From Candidatus Gottesmanbacteria bacterium RIFCSPLOWO2_01_FULL_43_11b (GTDB lineage Bacteria; Patescibacteriota; Microgenomatia; UBA10105; UBA927): DNA of 64,000 nucleotides. How positions within the stretch are numbered: position 1 is the stretch's first letter; the number at the start of each line of letters is the position of its first letter. The position numbers and the translations under genes are program-made. The notes below the pieces were generated by a model. The model was not told the origin of the DNA, ran no database searches, and saw only the letters and a list, made by a program, of their open reading frames with translations. The DNA lies in assembly GCA_001780985.1 (NCBI GenBank), contig MFJV01000001.1:517099-581098 (forward strand), read 5' to 3'. Of this stretch, positions 56,647 to 64,000 are shown in pieces.

Positions 56647-57183
56647 ATGAAATTTGTTCAACGGGTCAGCACAGTTTTCGTTATCTTTACACTCATACGA
56701 TTTTCCGCCTTTGCACAGACCCCTCTTCCTTCGATTACATTACCCGCACCAATAATGACAAAGACAGAGTATGTCTTACCGTATCCCGGTATTCTTCCGG
56801 ACCACCCACTATATATTTTCAAACGAATCCGTGATAGGATGTTGGATTTTCTTATCGTTGACCCTTTGCGTAAAGCAGAGTTTTATATTCTGCAGGCAGA
56901 CAAACGATTGGGGATGGGTCTAGTTCTTTTTGATAAAGACAAAGATGATGTAGCAACAGAAACTATTGCTCAAGGCGAGAATTATTTTTCCCAAGCTGTT
57001 ACAGTTCTGACTACATTAAAAAATACGGGGAAAGAAATTCCAGAATATCTTATAGAACGATTGACGAATGCTTCGATAAAACATGAAGAAGTTCTTCTGG
57101 GACTCGCGAGTTCACATGAGAGAGTAAGAGACTCACTTTCTCTCCTTCAAAAACTAATAGACGAAATCAAGAATCTCCAGTAA
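56647..57183 (+). CDS. DUF5667-domain secreted protein
   Basis: Signal peptide plus the LPYPGILPDHPLYIFKRIRD and LRKAEFYILQADKRL signature of DUF5667 proteins. Confidence 0.65.
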   Translation: MKFVQRVSTVFVIFTLIRFSAFAQTPLPSITLPAPIMTKTEYVLPYPGILPDHPLYIFKRIRDRMLDFLIVDPLRKAEFYILQADKRLGMGLVLFDKDKDDVATETIAQGENYFSQAVTVLTTLKNTGKEIPEYLIERLTNASIKHEEVLLGLASSHERVRDSLSLLQKLIDEIKNLQ

Positions 57184-57368
57184 AACACCCTCTATTGCAG
57201 TTCTGAACACTTTTTGTTTTTTGCATTTAATTTCCCTTCATTGTTTTATATTTACCCCGTACTTTTTCCTCAGAAAAATATCTCCGAGGCTAGGAAAAAA
57301 TATTGACTATCTTTGATATAGAAATTGCTAGTTGACTGACTACGACTAGTGTCTTAGGATTTGGATTG

Positions 57369-57384
57369 GCACAAGATATAGTGT
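57369..57384 (+). promoter_or_regulatory. NrdR-box-like operator upstream of nrdR-nrdJ
   Basis: GCACAAGATATAGTGT matches the NrdR box consensus acaCwAtATaTwGtgt at 14/16 positions. It lies 16 nt upstream of the nrdR ATG. A possible -35/-10 (TTGACT 57332-57337, TAGGAT) sits just upstream. Confidence 0.5.
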
Positions 57385-57399
57385 TTTTTTATTTCACGA

Positions 57400-57846
57400 A
57401 TGAAGTGTCCGTATTGCAGCAACAACGATACTGAGGTAATTGAAACACGAGATAGCGAGGATCTCAGCGTAACACGGCGAAGACGAGCGTGTCCGAAATG
57501 CGAAAAGCGATTTACAACATATGAGCGAGTCGAATCTGTGCCGCTCACTGTTGTTAAAAAAGATCAACGAAGAGAACCGTTCGACAGAGAAAAGTTAAGG
57601 CGAGGAATATGGAGAGCAAGCGGAAAAACGACAATTAAGGCAGAAGATATAGATAGGATTGTTGATGAAGTAGAAAGAGAACTTATTACAGGCGATTCGA
57701 CGGAGATACCAAGTAAATCTATTGGACAGCTCGTTGCAAAAAGGTTAAAGAAGTTAGATAAGGTCGCCTACATTCGGTTCGCAAGCGTATTTCGTCAATT
57801 CGTTGATATAGAAGATTTTGAAAAAGAAGTAAAAAAACTTTTGTAA
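57400..57846 (+). CDS. nrdR: transcriptional repressor NrdR
   Basis: MKCPYCS...CPKC zinc ribbon, then an ATP-cone (VVKKDQRREPFDREKL). Confidence 0.9.
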   Translation: MKCPYCSNNDTEVIETRDSEDLSVTRRRRACPKCEKRFTTYERVESVPLTVVKKDQRREPFDREKLRRGIWRASGKTTIKAEDIDRIVDEVERELITGDSTEIPSKSIGQLVAKRLKKLDKVAYIRFASVFRQFVDIEDFEKEVKKLL

Positions 57847-57850
57847 TTTT

Positions 57851-60262
57851 ATGGAACTTACTGGGATTAGAAAAACAGTATTTTTAGATCGATACGCCCT
57901 CAAAAATGAGCAAGGGGTCCCCATTGAAAAAGAACCAGAGGAGATGTGGCGCCGTATTGCCCACGCTATCGCGAGTATTGAACCGAAAAACAAGCGGCAG
58001 GAATGGGAAGATAAATTTTATAACGCCATGGCAGACTTTGCCTTCGTTCCGGGCGGCCGAATTCTTTCTGGTGCCGGCACAGGATACAAAGTGACGTTCT
58101 ATAACTGTTTCGTCATCCCATCTCCTCATGACTCCCGCGGCGGAATTTTAAAAACGCTTACCCAAATGGTCGAGATTATGTCACGCGGCGGAGGAGTAGG
58201 GATTAATCTATCAAGCCTTCGTCCTCGCGGCGCCCGGGTGCAGAAGGTTAACGGATTCTCCTCCGGCCCTTGTAATTGGGCGGAACTTTTCTCCGTTGCC
58301 ACCAAAGATATTATTCAACAGGGCGGTAGTCGCAGAGGAGCGCTCATGTTGATGCTGTGGGATTGGCATCCTGATATAGAGGAATTTATTACCGTCAAAC
58401 AGGATCTTTCTCGGATTAACGGCGCAAATTTATCCGTCTGTGTTTCCGATGCCTTCATGGAGGCAGTAAAAAATGACGCGGATTGGGATTTGGTATTCCC
58501 GGATAACACCGATCCGGACTACGACACAAAGTGGGATGGATACCTCCCCAACTGGATTGCGATAGGGAAAAAGCCAATAGTCAAAAAAACAGTCAAGGCC
58601 AGAAAAATATGGGACAGTATCGCTGAGGCTGCCTGGAGGAGTGCGGAACCCGGAGTCGTTTTCATGGAGCGGTACAATAAGTGGTTTAACAACTCCTACT
58701 GGGAATTTGTTAACTGCGTTAATCCATGCGGTGAAGAAGGGCTGCCGAATTGGGGAGTCTGTAACCTGTGTTCAATTAATTTAGCAGCGCTCGTTAACGA
58801 GCAGGGAGAGATGGATTATACGAAACTTGCCGAAATAGCAAAGATAGGCGTGCGCTTCCAAGATGACATCATCGACGCAGATTTATATGTCTTTGATGAA
58901 ATTAGAAAAGTGCAGCAGCAGGGTGAGCGACGAATTGGACTTGGGACAATGGGGTTAGGAGATGCCCTTATTAAAATGAAACTCCGGTACGGATCCGACG
59001 AAAGCCTGGTTGTCATCGATAAAATCTACAAAACCATACGGGATGCCGCCTACGAATCGTCGGTTGAGATTGCAAAAGAAAAAGGCGCGTTCCCCAAAAT
59101 TAACACCGCAAAACATCTCGACGGGTATTTTATTCGTCAGCTCCCTGAGGAGACGCGAAGAAAAATGAAACGGTACGGCGTAAGAAATTCCGTCGTCTTG
59201 CAGCAAGCGCCGACAGGATCTACATCGCTCCTTTCCGGAGTATCAAGCGGCATTGAGCCCGTCTATGAATTTGAATTTATCCGCCGCGATCGATTAGGTG
59301 AGCATACACTTCGGCATCCGCTGTTTGAAGCATGGTTTGAAGAATTCAAAAAAACGCGCGGGAGAGATCCGGAAAGAACCGACCGACCGGCATACTTTGT
59401 GTCTGCAAACGACCTAAGCCCAGAAGACCACGTGCGCGTTCAGGCAGCGATTCAAAAGTACGTTGACGCATCAATTAGTAAAACAGTTAACGCTCCCAAT
59501 ACTCATACAGTTGAAGACGTTAAAAAGCTTTATACCCTTGCGTATGAGCTAGGGTGTAAAGGGATTACCTACATGCGCGAAGGGAGCCGCCCGGGCGTTT
59601 TATCGAGAAAAGAAGAGCCGAAGAAGGTAGAAGTACCGGTGGGCACAGCGTATGTTCCGGAAGTTAAACCCAGGCCTATGGTTGTTCAGGGATCGACCTA
59701 TCAGGTGGAGACGCCGGTGGGGCAAGCGTACATTACGATTAATACAAACGGCGGCAACAAACCCCTTGAAGTATTTATAAACGTTGGGAAAGCCGGAAGC
59801 GATGTTACGGCTATGGCAGAGGCGATGGGCCGGTTGATTTCCCTCACCCTTCGTATCGCCTCACCCATTTCGCCATTTGAACGTGCGCATAAAATTGCTG
59901 CTGAACTTATCGGTATCGGCGGCGCACGGTCTTTGGGTTTTGGTGAAAATCGAGTGCGAAGTCTCCCTGATGCTGTCGCAAAAGTCATTGATAGACACTT
60001 CGGATTTTTCACAAAACACCAGTTTGTTTCCGCGCCAACCAATGGCAATGGGGTGACAACTAACGGTCACTCTGTTTCAAAACCAACCGGCGCACCGGAG
60101 GTGGAGCCGGCAGAACAACCAAAAACAGTTCCCCCTCAGCAAATGCTGTTAACTGAAAAACGTATGGTGACGGTGGATCTTTGCCCCAGCTGCGGAGAGG
60201 GAACATTGGTCTTTGAAGAGTCCTGCAAAAAGTGCTATTCCTGCGGTTATTCTGAATGTTGA
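57851..60262 (+). CDS. nrdJ: class II (adenosylcobalamin-dependent) ribonucleotide reductase
   Basis: 803 aa with RNR catalytic-core motifs (NPCGEE with the catalytic Cys, SNLCS), no radical-generating partner nearby, and a C-terminal zinc ribbon (CPSCGEG...CKKCYSCGYSEC). Confidence 0.9.
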   Translation: MELTGIRKTVFLDRYALKNEQGVPIEKEPEEMWRRIAHAIASIEPKNKRQEWEDKFYNAMADFAFVPGGRILSGAGTGYKVTFYNCFVIPSPHDSRGGILKTLTQMVEIMSRGGGVGINLSSLRPRGARVQKVNGFSSGPCNWAELFSVATKDIIQQGGSRRGALMLMLWDWHPDIEEFITVKQDLSRINGANLSVCVSDAFMEAVKNDADWDLVFPDNTDPDYDTKWDGYLPNWIAIGKKPIVKKTVKARKIWDSIAEAAWRSAEPGVVFMERYNKWFNNSYWEFVNCVNPCGEEGLPNWGVCNLCSINLAALVNEQGEMDYTKLAEIAKIGVRFQDDIIDADLYVFDEIRKVQQQGERRIGLGTMGLGDALIKMKLRYGSDESLVVIDKIYKTIRDAAYESSVEIAKEKGAFPKINTAKHLDGYFIRQLPEETRRKMKRYGVRNSVVLQQAPTGSTSLLSGVSSGIEPVYEFEFIRRDRLGEHTLRHPLFEAWFEEFKKTRGRDPERTDRPAYFVSANDLSPEDHVRVQAAIQKYVDASISKTVNAPNTHTVEDVKKLYTLAYELGCKGITYMREGSRPGVLSRKEEPKKVEVPVGTAYVPEVKPRPMVVQGSTYQVETPVGQAYITINTNGGNKPLEVFINVGKAGSDVTAMAEAMGRLISLTLRIASPISPFERAHKIAAELIGIGGARSLGFGENRVRSLPDAVAKVIDRHFGFFTKHQFVSAPTNGNGVTTNGHSVSKPTGAPEVEPAEQPKTVPPQQMLLTEKRMVTVDLCPSCGEGTLVFEESCKKCYSCGYSEC

Positions 60263-60330
60263 TGTCATTCCGGGCTTGACCCGGAATCCATCCTCTCTTT
60301 CGAAAACTGGATCCCTGCTCACTGGCCGGG

Positions 60331-60897
60331 ATGACAAACGAAAATATGCCAATCTATACAAAAACCGGTGATACCGGCATGACGAGTCTTTTTGGCGGAA
60401 AGCGGGTCCTCAAGTGTGAGGAGCTTGTTGATGTCTACGGCTCGCTTGATGAACTTAACAGTTGGGTGGGGCTGATAGCTTCGCAAATAAAAACAAAAGA
60501 TATCCAAAGATTTCTTTTTTCGATTCAAGAGGATCTCTTTACCATTGGGAGTAATCTCGCCGGTGCGAAAACGGAAATAAAGCAATTGTCGGGTCGTGTT
60601 GCTGAAATGGAAAAAAGAATTGATACCATGGAAAATAAAGCAGGTAAACTCCGTAATTTTATTTTGCCCGGGGGGAGTCAGCTTGCGTCATTTGTACATA
60701 TTGCCCGATCTATTTGCCGCCGCGTCGAACGACAAACGGTAGCGCTCAAACAGAAGGAAGATGTTGACAGTAAAATTCTTATCTATCTTAACCGATTGTC
60801 AGATTTCCTTTTTATGGTTGCTCGACTTATTAATCACGAAGAACATATCGAAGAAGTAGTATGGTCGGGTATTGACCGCGTTGGGAAAAAGAAGTAA
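60331..60897 (+). CDS. cob(I)alamin adenosyltransferase, PduO type
   Basis: N-terminal IYTKTGDTGMTSLFGG and the helical bundle of the PduO/MMAB family. Confidence 0.85.
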   Translation: MTNENMPIYTKTGDTGMTSLFGGKRVLKCEELVDVYGSLDELNSWVGLIASQIKTKDIQRFLFSIQEDLFTIGSNLAGAKTEIKQLSGRVAEMEKRIDTMENKAGKLRNFILPGGSQLASFVHIARSICRRVERQTVALKQKEDVDSKILIYLNRLSDFLFMVARLINHEEHIEEVVWSGIDRVGKKK

Positions 60898-61013
60898 AAC
60901 GTACAATAAGTAGTCAAAAGTTCCGAATCCCGTGAAAATCGGGAACTGTACCGCAACGGTGATAGTCCGGTCGCAGACTTTTGATATTACGCGTATCCTT
61001 CGAGTCAAAGGAG

Positions 61014-62675
61014 ATGCAAAAGCAACTTCTCACTCGAGAAGTTTTTTTATTGGAGAAAAGTATGGCAAAAGGTTGTGTCTGTGAGAAGGAGATATTTAAA
61101 AAATCATACGATGTTTTGTTAAGCAAAACAGCGCTCGTAAACCCCGAGCTTTCAGCACATGAGCTCCGTGTGCAGGTGGCACAAAAATTTCGTCCTCGAT
61201 ACAAACAAGACAAAAATGCTGCGACGCTTGAAAGTTCGGGACTAGAAGTGTACGACGGGCTTGATTTTGAGGTTACTTTGGATGGGAACATTTACTATCC
61301 CGCATATGGGGTAACAAGTGAAGAACTCAACGAAAACACAAGATTATATAACCCTGACCAGTATTCACCCGTGGATCATCAAACATCTCGTTTTGTAGCA
61401 AAAACGCTTGCCGGAGGTGCCGCTTTTGTTGCAACAACTTACGCAAGAGATGGAAACGACAATCGTGATATACACGTGTATTACATTGATAGGGCTACCG
61501 GTAAAGGCAAAACAAAGACGATAAATACCGCAAAGGAGGGAAAACACCACACCTTTGAGGAAATGAACGGCTTAATGCAAAGGTTATTCCCCGAATACGT
61601 GCATACAAAGCCGGTTGAAAAAGTTCTTTTAGTAACAGACAAACCTTTGCCTCAAGAAACCGCATACGTTCGTCCAGATATTTCAGAAAAAGTAGCGACA
61701 GATACGGTACGGACGTTTTCGTATGCCGCAAGGCGCATTCACGCGGACGTGAAACAGGCAGCGATACAAATTTTTGTGCGCTTTGAGCACAAAAAGAAGC
61801 TGCAGAAGATTAGTGACGAATCCGTGTCGCAACAACTCAGGAAGAAGGAAGCAGTAAAAATAAAAAAGACAAAAGAAACAACGATTTTTCCCGAGGCGGG
61901 TCGTGCAAAAAAGAAATTAACGAAGGAGCACCAAAAAATAAAAAACTTTCTTATTCCACTTCTCTTTATTGCCGAAGCAGGAATAAATCCAGGGGCAGGA
62001 CTTTGGATAGTAAAAATGTTAAAAAAAGAAAAACTTTTTAAAAACAAAAAACATTTTAAATACGAGATGGCTCAACGGCTGAACAAAAGAGAAAGGAAAA
62101 AACAAAGAATAGAGGCAAAACGAAAGATAAAAGCAAAAGAAAACAACAGAATCAAACTCAAAGAATATAAAAAAGAGAAACGGGCGAAAAAAGGGGAGAG
62201 ACGTATTCATTCTAAGACTCAAGAGCGCAAGAATCTCGTACGCACCATTCGTAAACTTGCGCGTATTTTACGAAATATTTCCTCACCTAGGGTTCACACG
62301 GAGAAAAATTTCAGAGAGCGTATTGAAGAAAAAGAAAAAATTCGATATCGGAAAGAAATTCGAAGAATGCAGAAAGAACATGTTGTACGCTTTGCGTTTG
62401 CATGGGCACTGTGGTTATTAGTACGCCCAAAGACATCAAAAAAGGACTTTCATCTATCGATAGATGAAAGCAAGAAACAAAAAGAGAACATTGTAAGGGT
62501 AAAAGAGTCTACGTACTGGATTCTTTTGGCGGTTATTTGGTATTTAGTGATGATACGGGAACAACGGATGTTCGTGACACAGAAGAAAAAACAGAAAAAG
62601 AAAACAAAAGCATTACCCAAACCAATTCTACCGTTCTCACCCCAACGTGGAATAATATTTGCCTATGCCACATAA
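61014..62675 (+). CDS. hypothetical protein: globular N-terminal domain plus ~250-aa Lys/Arg/Glu-rich region interrupted by three hydrophobic helices
   Basis: The track ORF starts at 60981. The ATG at 61014 is preceded by AAAGGAG. The N-terminal ~270 aa are of normal composition. A K/R/E-dominated low-complexity sequence follows (KRERKKQRIEAKRKIKAKENNRIKLKEYKKEKRAKKGERR) with hydrophobic stretches (FLIPLLFIAEAGINPGAGLWIV; FAFAWALWLLV; YWILLAVIWYLVMI). The coding strand is strongly purine-rich. Confidence 0.5.
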   Translation: MQKQLLTREVFLLEKSMAKGCVCEKEIFKKSYDVLLSKTALVNPELSAHELRVQVAQKFRPRYKQDKNAATLESSGLEVYDGLDFEVTLDGNIYYPAYGVTSEELNENTRLYNPDQYSPVDHQTSRFVAKTLAGGAAFVATTYARDGNDNRDIHVYYIDRATGKGKTKTINTAKEGKHHTFEEMNGLMQRLFPEYVHTKPVEKVLLVTDKPLPQETAYVRPDISEKVATDTVRTFSYAARRIHADVKQAAIQIFVRFEHKKKLQKISDESVSQQLRKKEAVKIKKTKETTIFPEAGRAKKKLTKEHQKIKNFLIPLLFIAEAGINPGAGLWIVKMLKKEKLFKNKKHFKYEMAQRLNKRERKKQRIEAKRKIKAKENNRIKLKEYKKEKRAKKGERRIHSKTQERKNLVRTIRKLARILRNISSPRVHTEKNFRERIEEKEKIRYRKEIRRMQKEHVVRFAFAWALWLLVRPKTSKKDFHLSIDESKKQKENIVRVKESTYWILLAVIWYLVMIREQRMFVTQKKKQKKKTKALPKPILPFSPQRGIIFAYAT

Positions 62676-63336
62676 AAGTGCTATTGCGACATGGAGCGGA
62701 GGAAAAGATAGTTGCCTTGCTGCATATAAAGCAATGAAAGCGGGATATACGATATCCTATCTTGCCAACACTGTTTCTCGAGAATATAAGCGGGTACGAT
62801 TTCATGGCGTAGAAGACACGCTTATTCAAAAACAAGCTAAAGCTATAGGTATTCCTCTGTTACAGCAAGAAACGACTGCAAAATGGTATTGGAAAGAGTT
62901 TACAGCAAACCTCCGAAAAGGGTTTAGGAAGCCAATTGAGGGAGTCGTCTTTGGAGATATTCATTTAGAAGAATGTTTTGAATGGTCTCAGAAGGTATGT
63001 ACTGATTTGAGTGTACACCTTGTAGAACCGTTATGGCAGAAAAAACCAGAAACTATTTTAGAAGAATTTATTAACCTAGGTTTTGAAGCGATTATTGTGA
63101 GCGCGCAAGCCAATCTTTTTGGGAAGGAATGGGTAGGAAAAACAATAGATAAATCTTTTCTTGTAGACATCAAAAAATTAAAAGGCATTGATGTATGCGG
63201 AGAAAATGGGGAATATCATTCTTTGGTTCTCAATGGGCCGATGTTTAAACAAAAAATAAATATTTTGAAATCAAAGCCGCTATATCGCGACGGGTATTGG
63301 TTTTTGGATATACAAAAGTATAGGCTGAATTCATGA
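62659..63336 (+). CDS. Dph6-like PP-loop ATP pyrophosphatase (MJ0570/DUF71 family)
   Basis: The N-terminal SGGKDS PP-loop and overall length match the diphthine-ammonia ligase-like family. Overlaps the upstream gene by 17 nt. Confidence 0.7.
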   Translation: MPMPHKSAIATWSGGKDSCLAAYKAMKAGYTISYLANTVSREYKRVRFHGVEDTLIQKQAKAIGIPLLQQETTAKWYWKEFTANLRKGFRKPIEGVVFGDIHLEECFEWSQKVCTDLSVHLVEPLWQKKPETILEEFINLGFEAIIVSAQANLFGKEWVGKTIDKSFLVDIKKLKGIDVCGENGEYHSLVLNGPMFKQKINILKSKPLYRDGYWFLDIQKYRLNS

Positions 63337-63337
63337 T

Positions 63338-63715
63338 ATGATTACATATATGGGTGACCTGCCTGATGATCAAAAGACCGGGAGTTTGGCGAAAGAAAAA
63401 CAGGAGATAAGTAGTGGCGGTCTTGAAGCCCCGGCGCTTAAAGAAGTTGGAAAGGAAGGAGAACTTCCTCCTGAAGTAACTGGTGCGGGTGTACAGATGC
63501 ACCCAACGAACGTTCCTCTTCCGCAACCGGTTCAACAACTTGGCGTTAAACAAGTGGGGACGACAGCAGTACAACAGCCCGCATCAGTAACGCTTCCGCT
63601 TTCCGACGATCAAATTGCAAAAGGATTACACCAGAGCATCACGAGTTCTTGGCGGTGGTTGGCTGAGTGGTGTATGCGAAAACTTAAGCAGATAAAGAAA
63701 ATTATTAAAAAATAA
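63338..63715 (+). CDS. hypothetical protein
   Basis: 125-aa ORF, Pro/Gln/Val-rich. No motif. Confidence 0.4.
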   Translation: MITYMGDLPDDQKTGSLAKEKQEISSGGLEAPALKEVGKEGELPPEVTGAGVQMHPTNVPLPQPVQQLGVKQVGTTAVQQPASVTLPLSDDQIAKGLHQSITSSWRWLAEWCMRKLKQIKKIIKK

Positions 63716-63718
63716 TAT

Positions 63719-64000
63719 ATGCCGGATTTTTTACTCGATATTACGTATCAACTGCAGGTTTTAACCATAACCCTCGCTATTATGGCAATTTTTTTAGGGG
63801 GACTATTTCTTCTCGGGTATTTAGTTTTTCTTTTATGGAAATATAGAGATAGGGAAGCACAAAGCCTTTCTTTTGTGCTGTTGCAGGTAGCAACACCACG
63901 CGATAACGAAATTAAAATAGACGCCGCAGAACAGTTATTTGCCAGTCTTCATGGAATAATGAAAAGTGGGTTTTGGTCTTTTCTCAAACCTCAACCGCAC
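63719..64000 (+). CDS. membrane protein, hypothetical; N-terminal part only, continues beyond the right edge
   Basis: The ATG at 63719 gives MPDFLLDITYQLQVLTITLAIMAIFLGGLFLLGYLVFLLWKY (TM helix), then a soluble region. The ORF is open to the window end. Confidence 0.4.
   Translation, partial: MPDFLLDITYQLQVLTITLAIMAIFLGGLFLLGYLVFLLWKYRDREAQSLSFVLLQVATPRDNEIKIDAAEQLFASLHGIMKSGFWSFLKPQPH

Noticed and set aside
57184-57399. Cobalamin riboswitch upstream of nrdR-nrdJ
   Set aside because: The leader is only about 215 nt and lacks the B12-box-like conserved core I would expect. The NrdR box fits better. Rfam scanning would settle it.
1-64000. CRISPR arrays, rRNA genes, transposases/integrases, prophage structural genes
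   Set aside because: There are no regularly spaced direct repeats, no 16S/23S/5S-like stretches, and no DDE/tyrosine-recombinase motifs in any translated frame. Mobility signatures are limited to the tRNA-Asn repeat and the toxin-antitoxin modules.

Overview
The window is a gene-dense (~90% coding) bacterial chromosomal segment with about 75 protein genes on both strands. There is no rRNA and no CRISPR array. Gene content is consistent with an ultra-small Patescibacteria/CPR-type genome, though that is an inference from content. Supporting features are three paralogous GT-C (PMT/ArnT-like) membrane glycosyltransferases, two DUF5667-type secreted proteins, tandem class A PBP paralogs, a class II B12-dependent RNR with NrdR and a PduO-type adenosyltransferase, and many small secreted or membrane-anchored proteins. 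Housekeeping calls I can support from motifs: dnaG, rpoD, purB-purA, guaB-guaA, two PRTases, sodA, gpmA, suhB-like IMPase, surE, comF, thiamine pyrophosphokinase, PP2C phosphatase, aldehyde dehydrogenase, ZIP and FTR1 metal transporters, MFS and EamA transporters, NUDIX and HD hydrolases, an RRM RNA-binding protein, a GDPD phosphodiesterase, and a Dph6-like PP-loop ATPase. Seven tRNAs sit between about 7.4 and 21.3 kb: all four tRNA-Ser isoacceptors (TGA, GCT, CGA, GGA), two tRNA-Arg (CCG and an unusual GCG reading), and a tRNA-Asn with an encoded CCA. Accessory features include three type II toxin-antitoxin pairs (RelB/DinJ-YafQ/RelE with a consensus sigma70 promoter; VapB-VapC; HEPN-MNT inserted between the two PBP1A paralogs). 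A GIY-YIG nuclease gene lies between tRNA-Asn and a 14-bp repeat of the tRNA 3' end. The best candidate for an undescribed system is at the left edge: an AT-rich islet (about 1-3.4 kb) with an HNH-nuclease/TPR fusion protein co-transcribed with two unrecognisable proteins, divergent from another unknown gene and followed by an XRE regulator. Other oddities are a 554-aa protein with a roughly 250-aa Lys/Arg/Glu-rich region interrupted by hydrophobic helices, a polytopic membrane protein with a C-terminal HExxH motif, and a His-rich membrane protein. All calls come from reading the sequence and the ORF translations. No database searches were run, and ORF-track starts can be GTG/TTG, so several start sites are refined by eye and remain uncertain.
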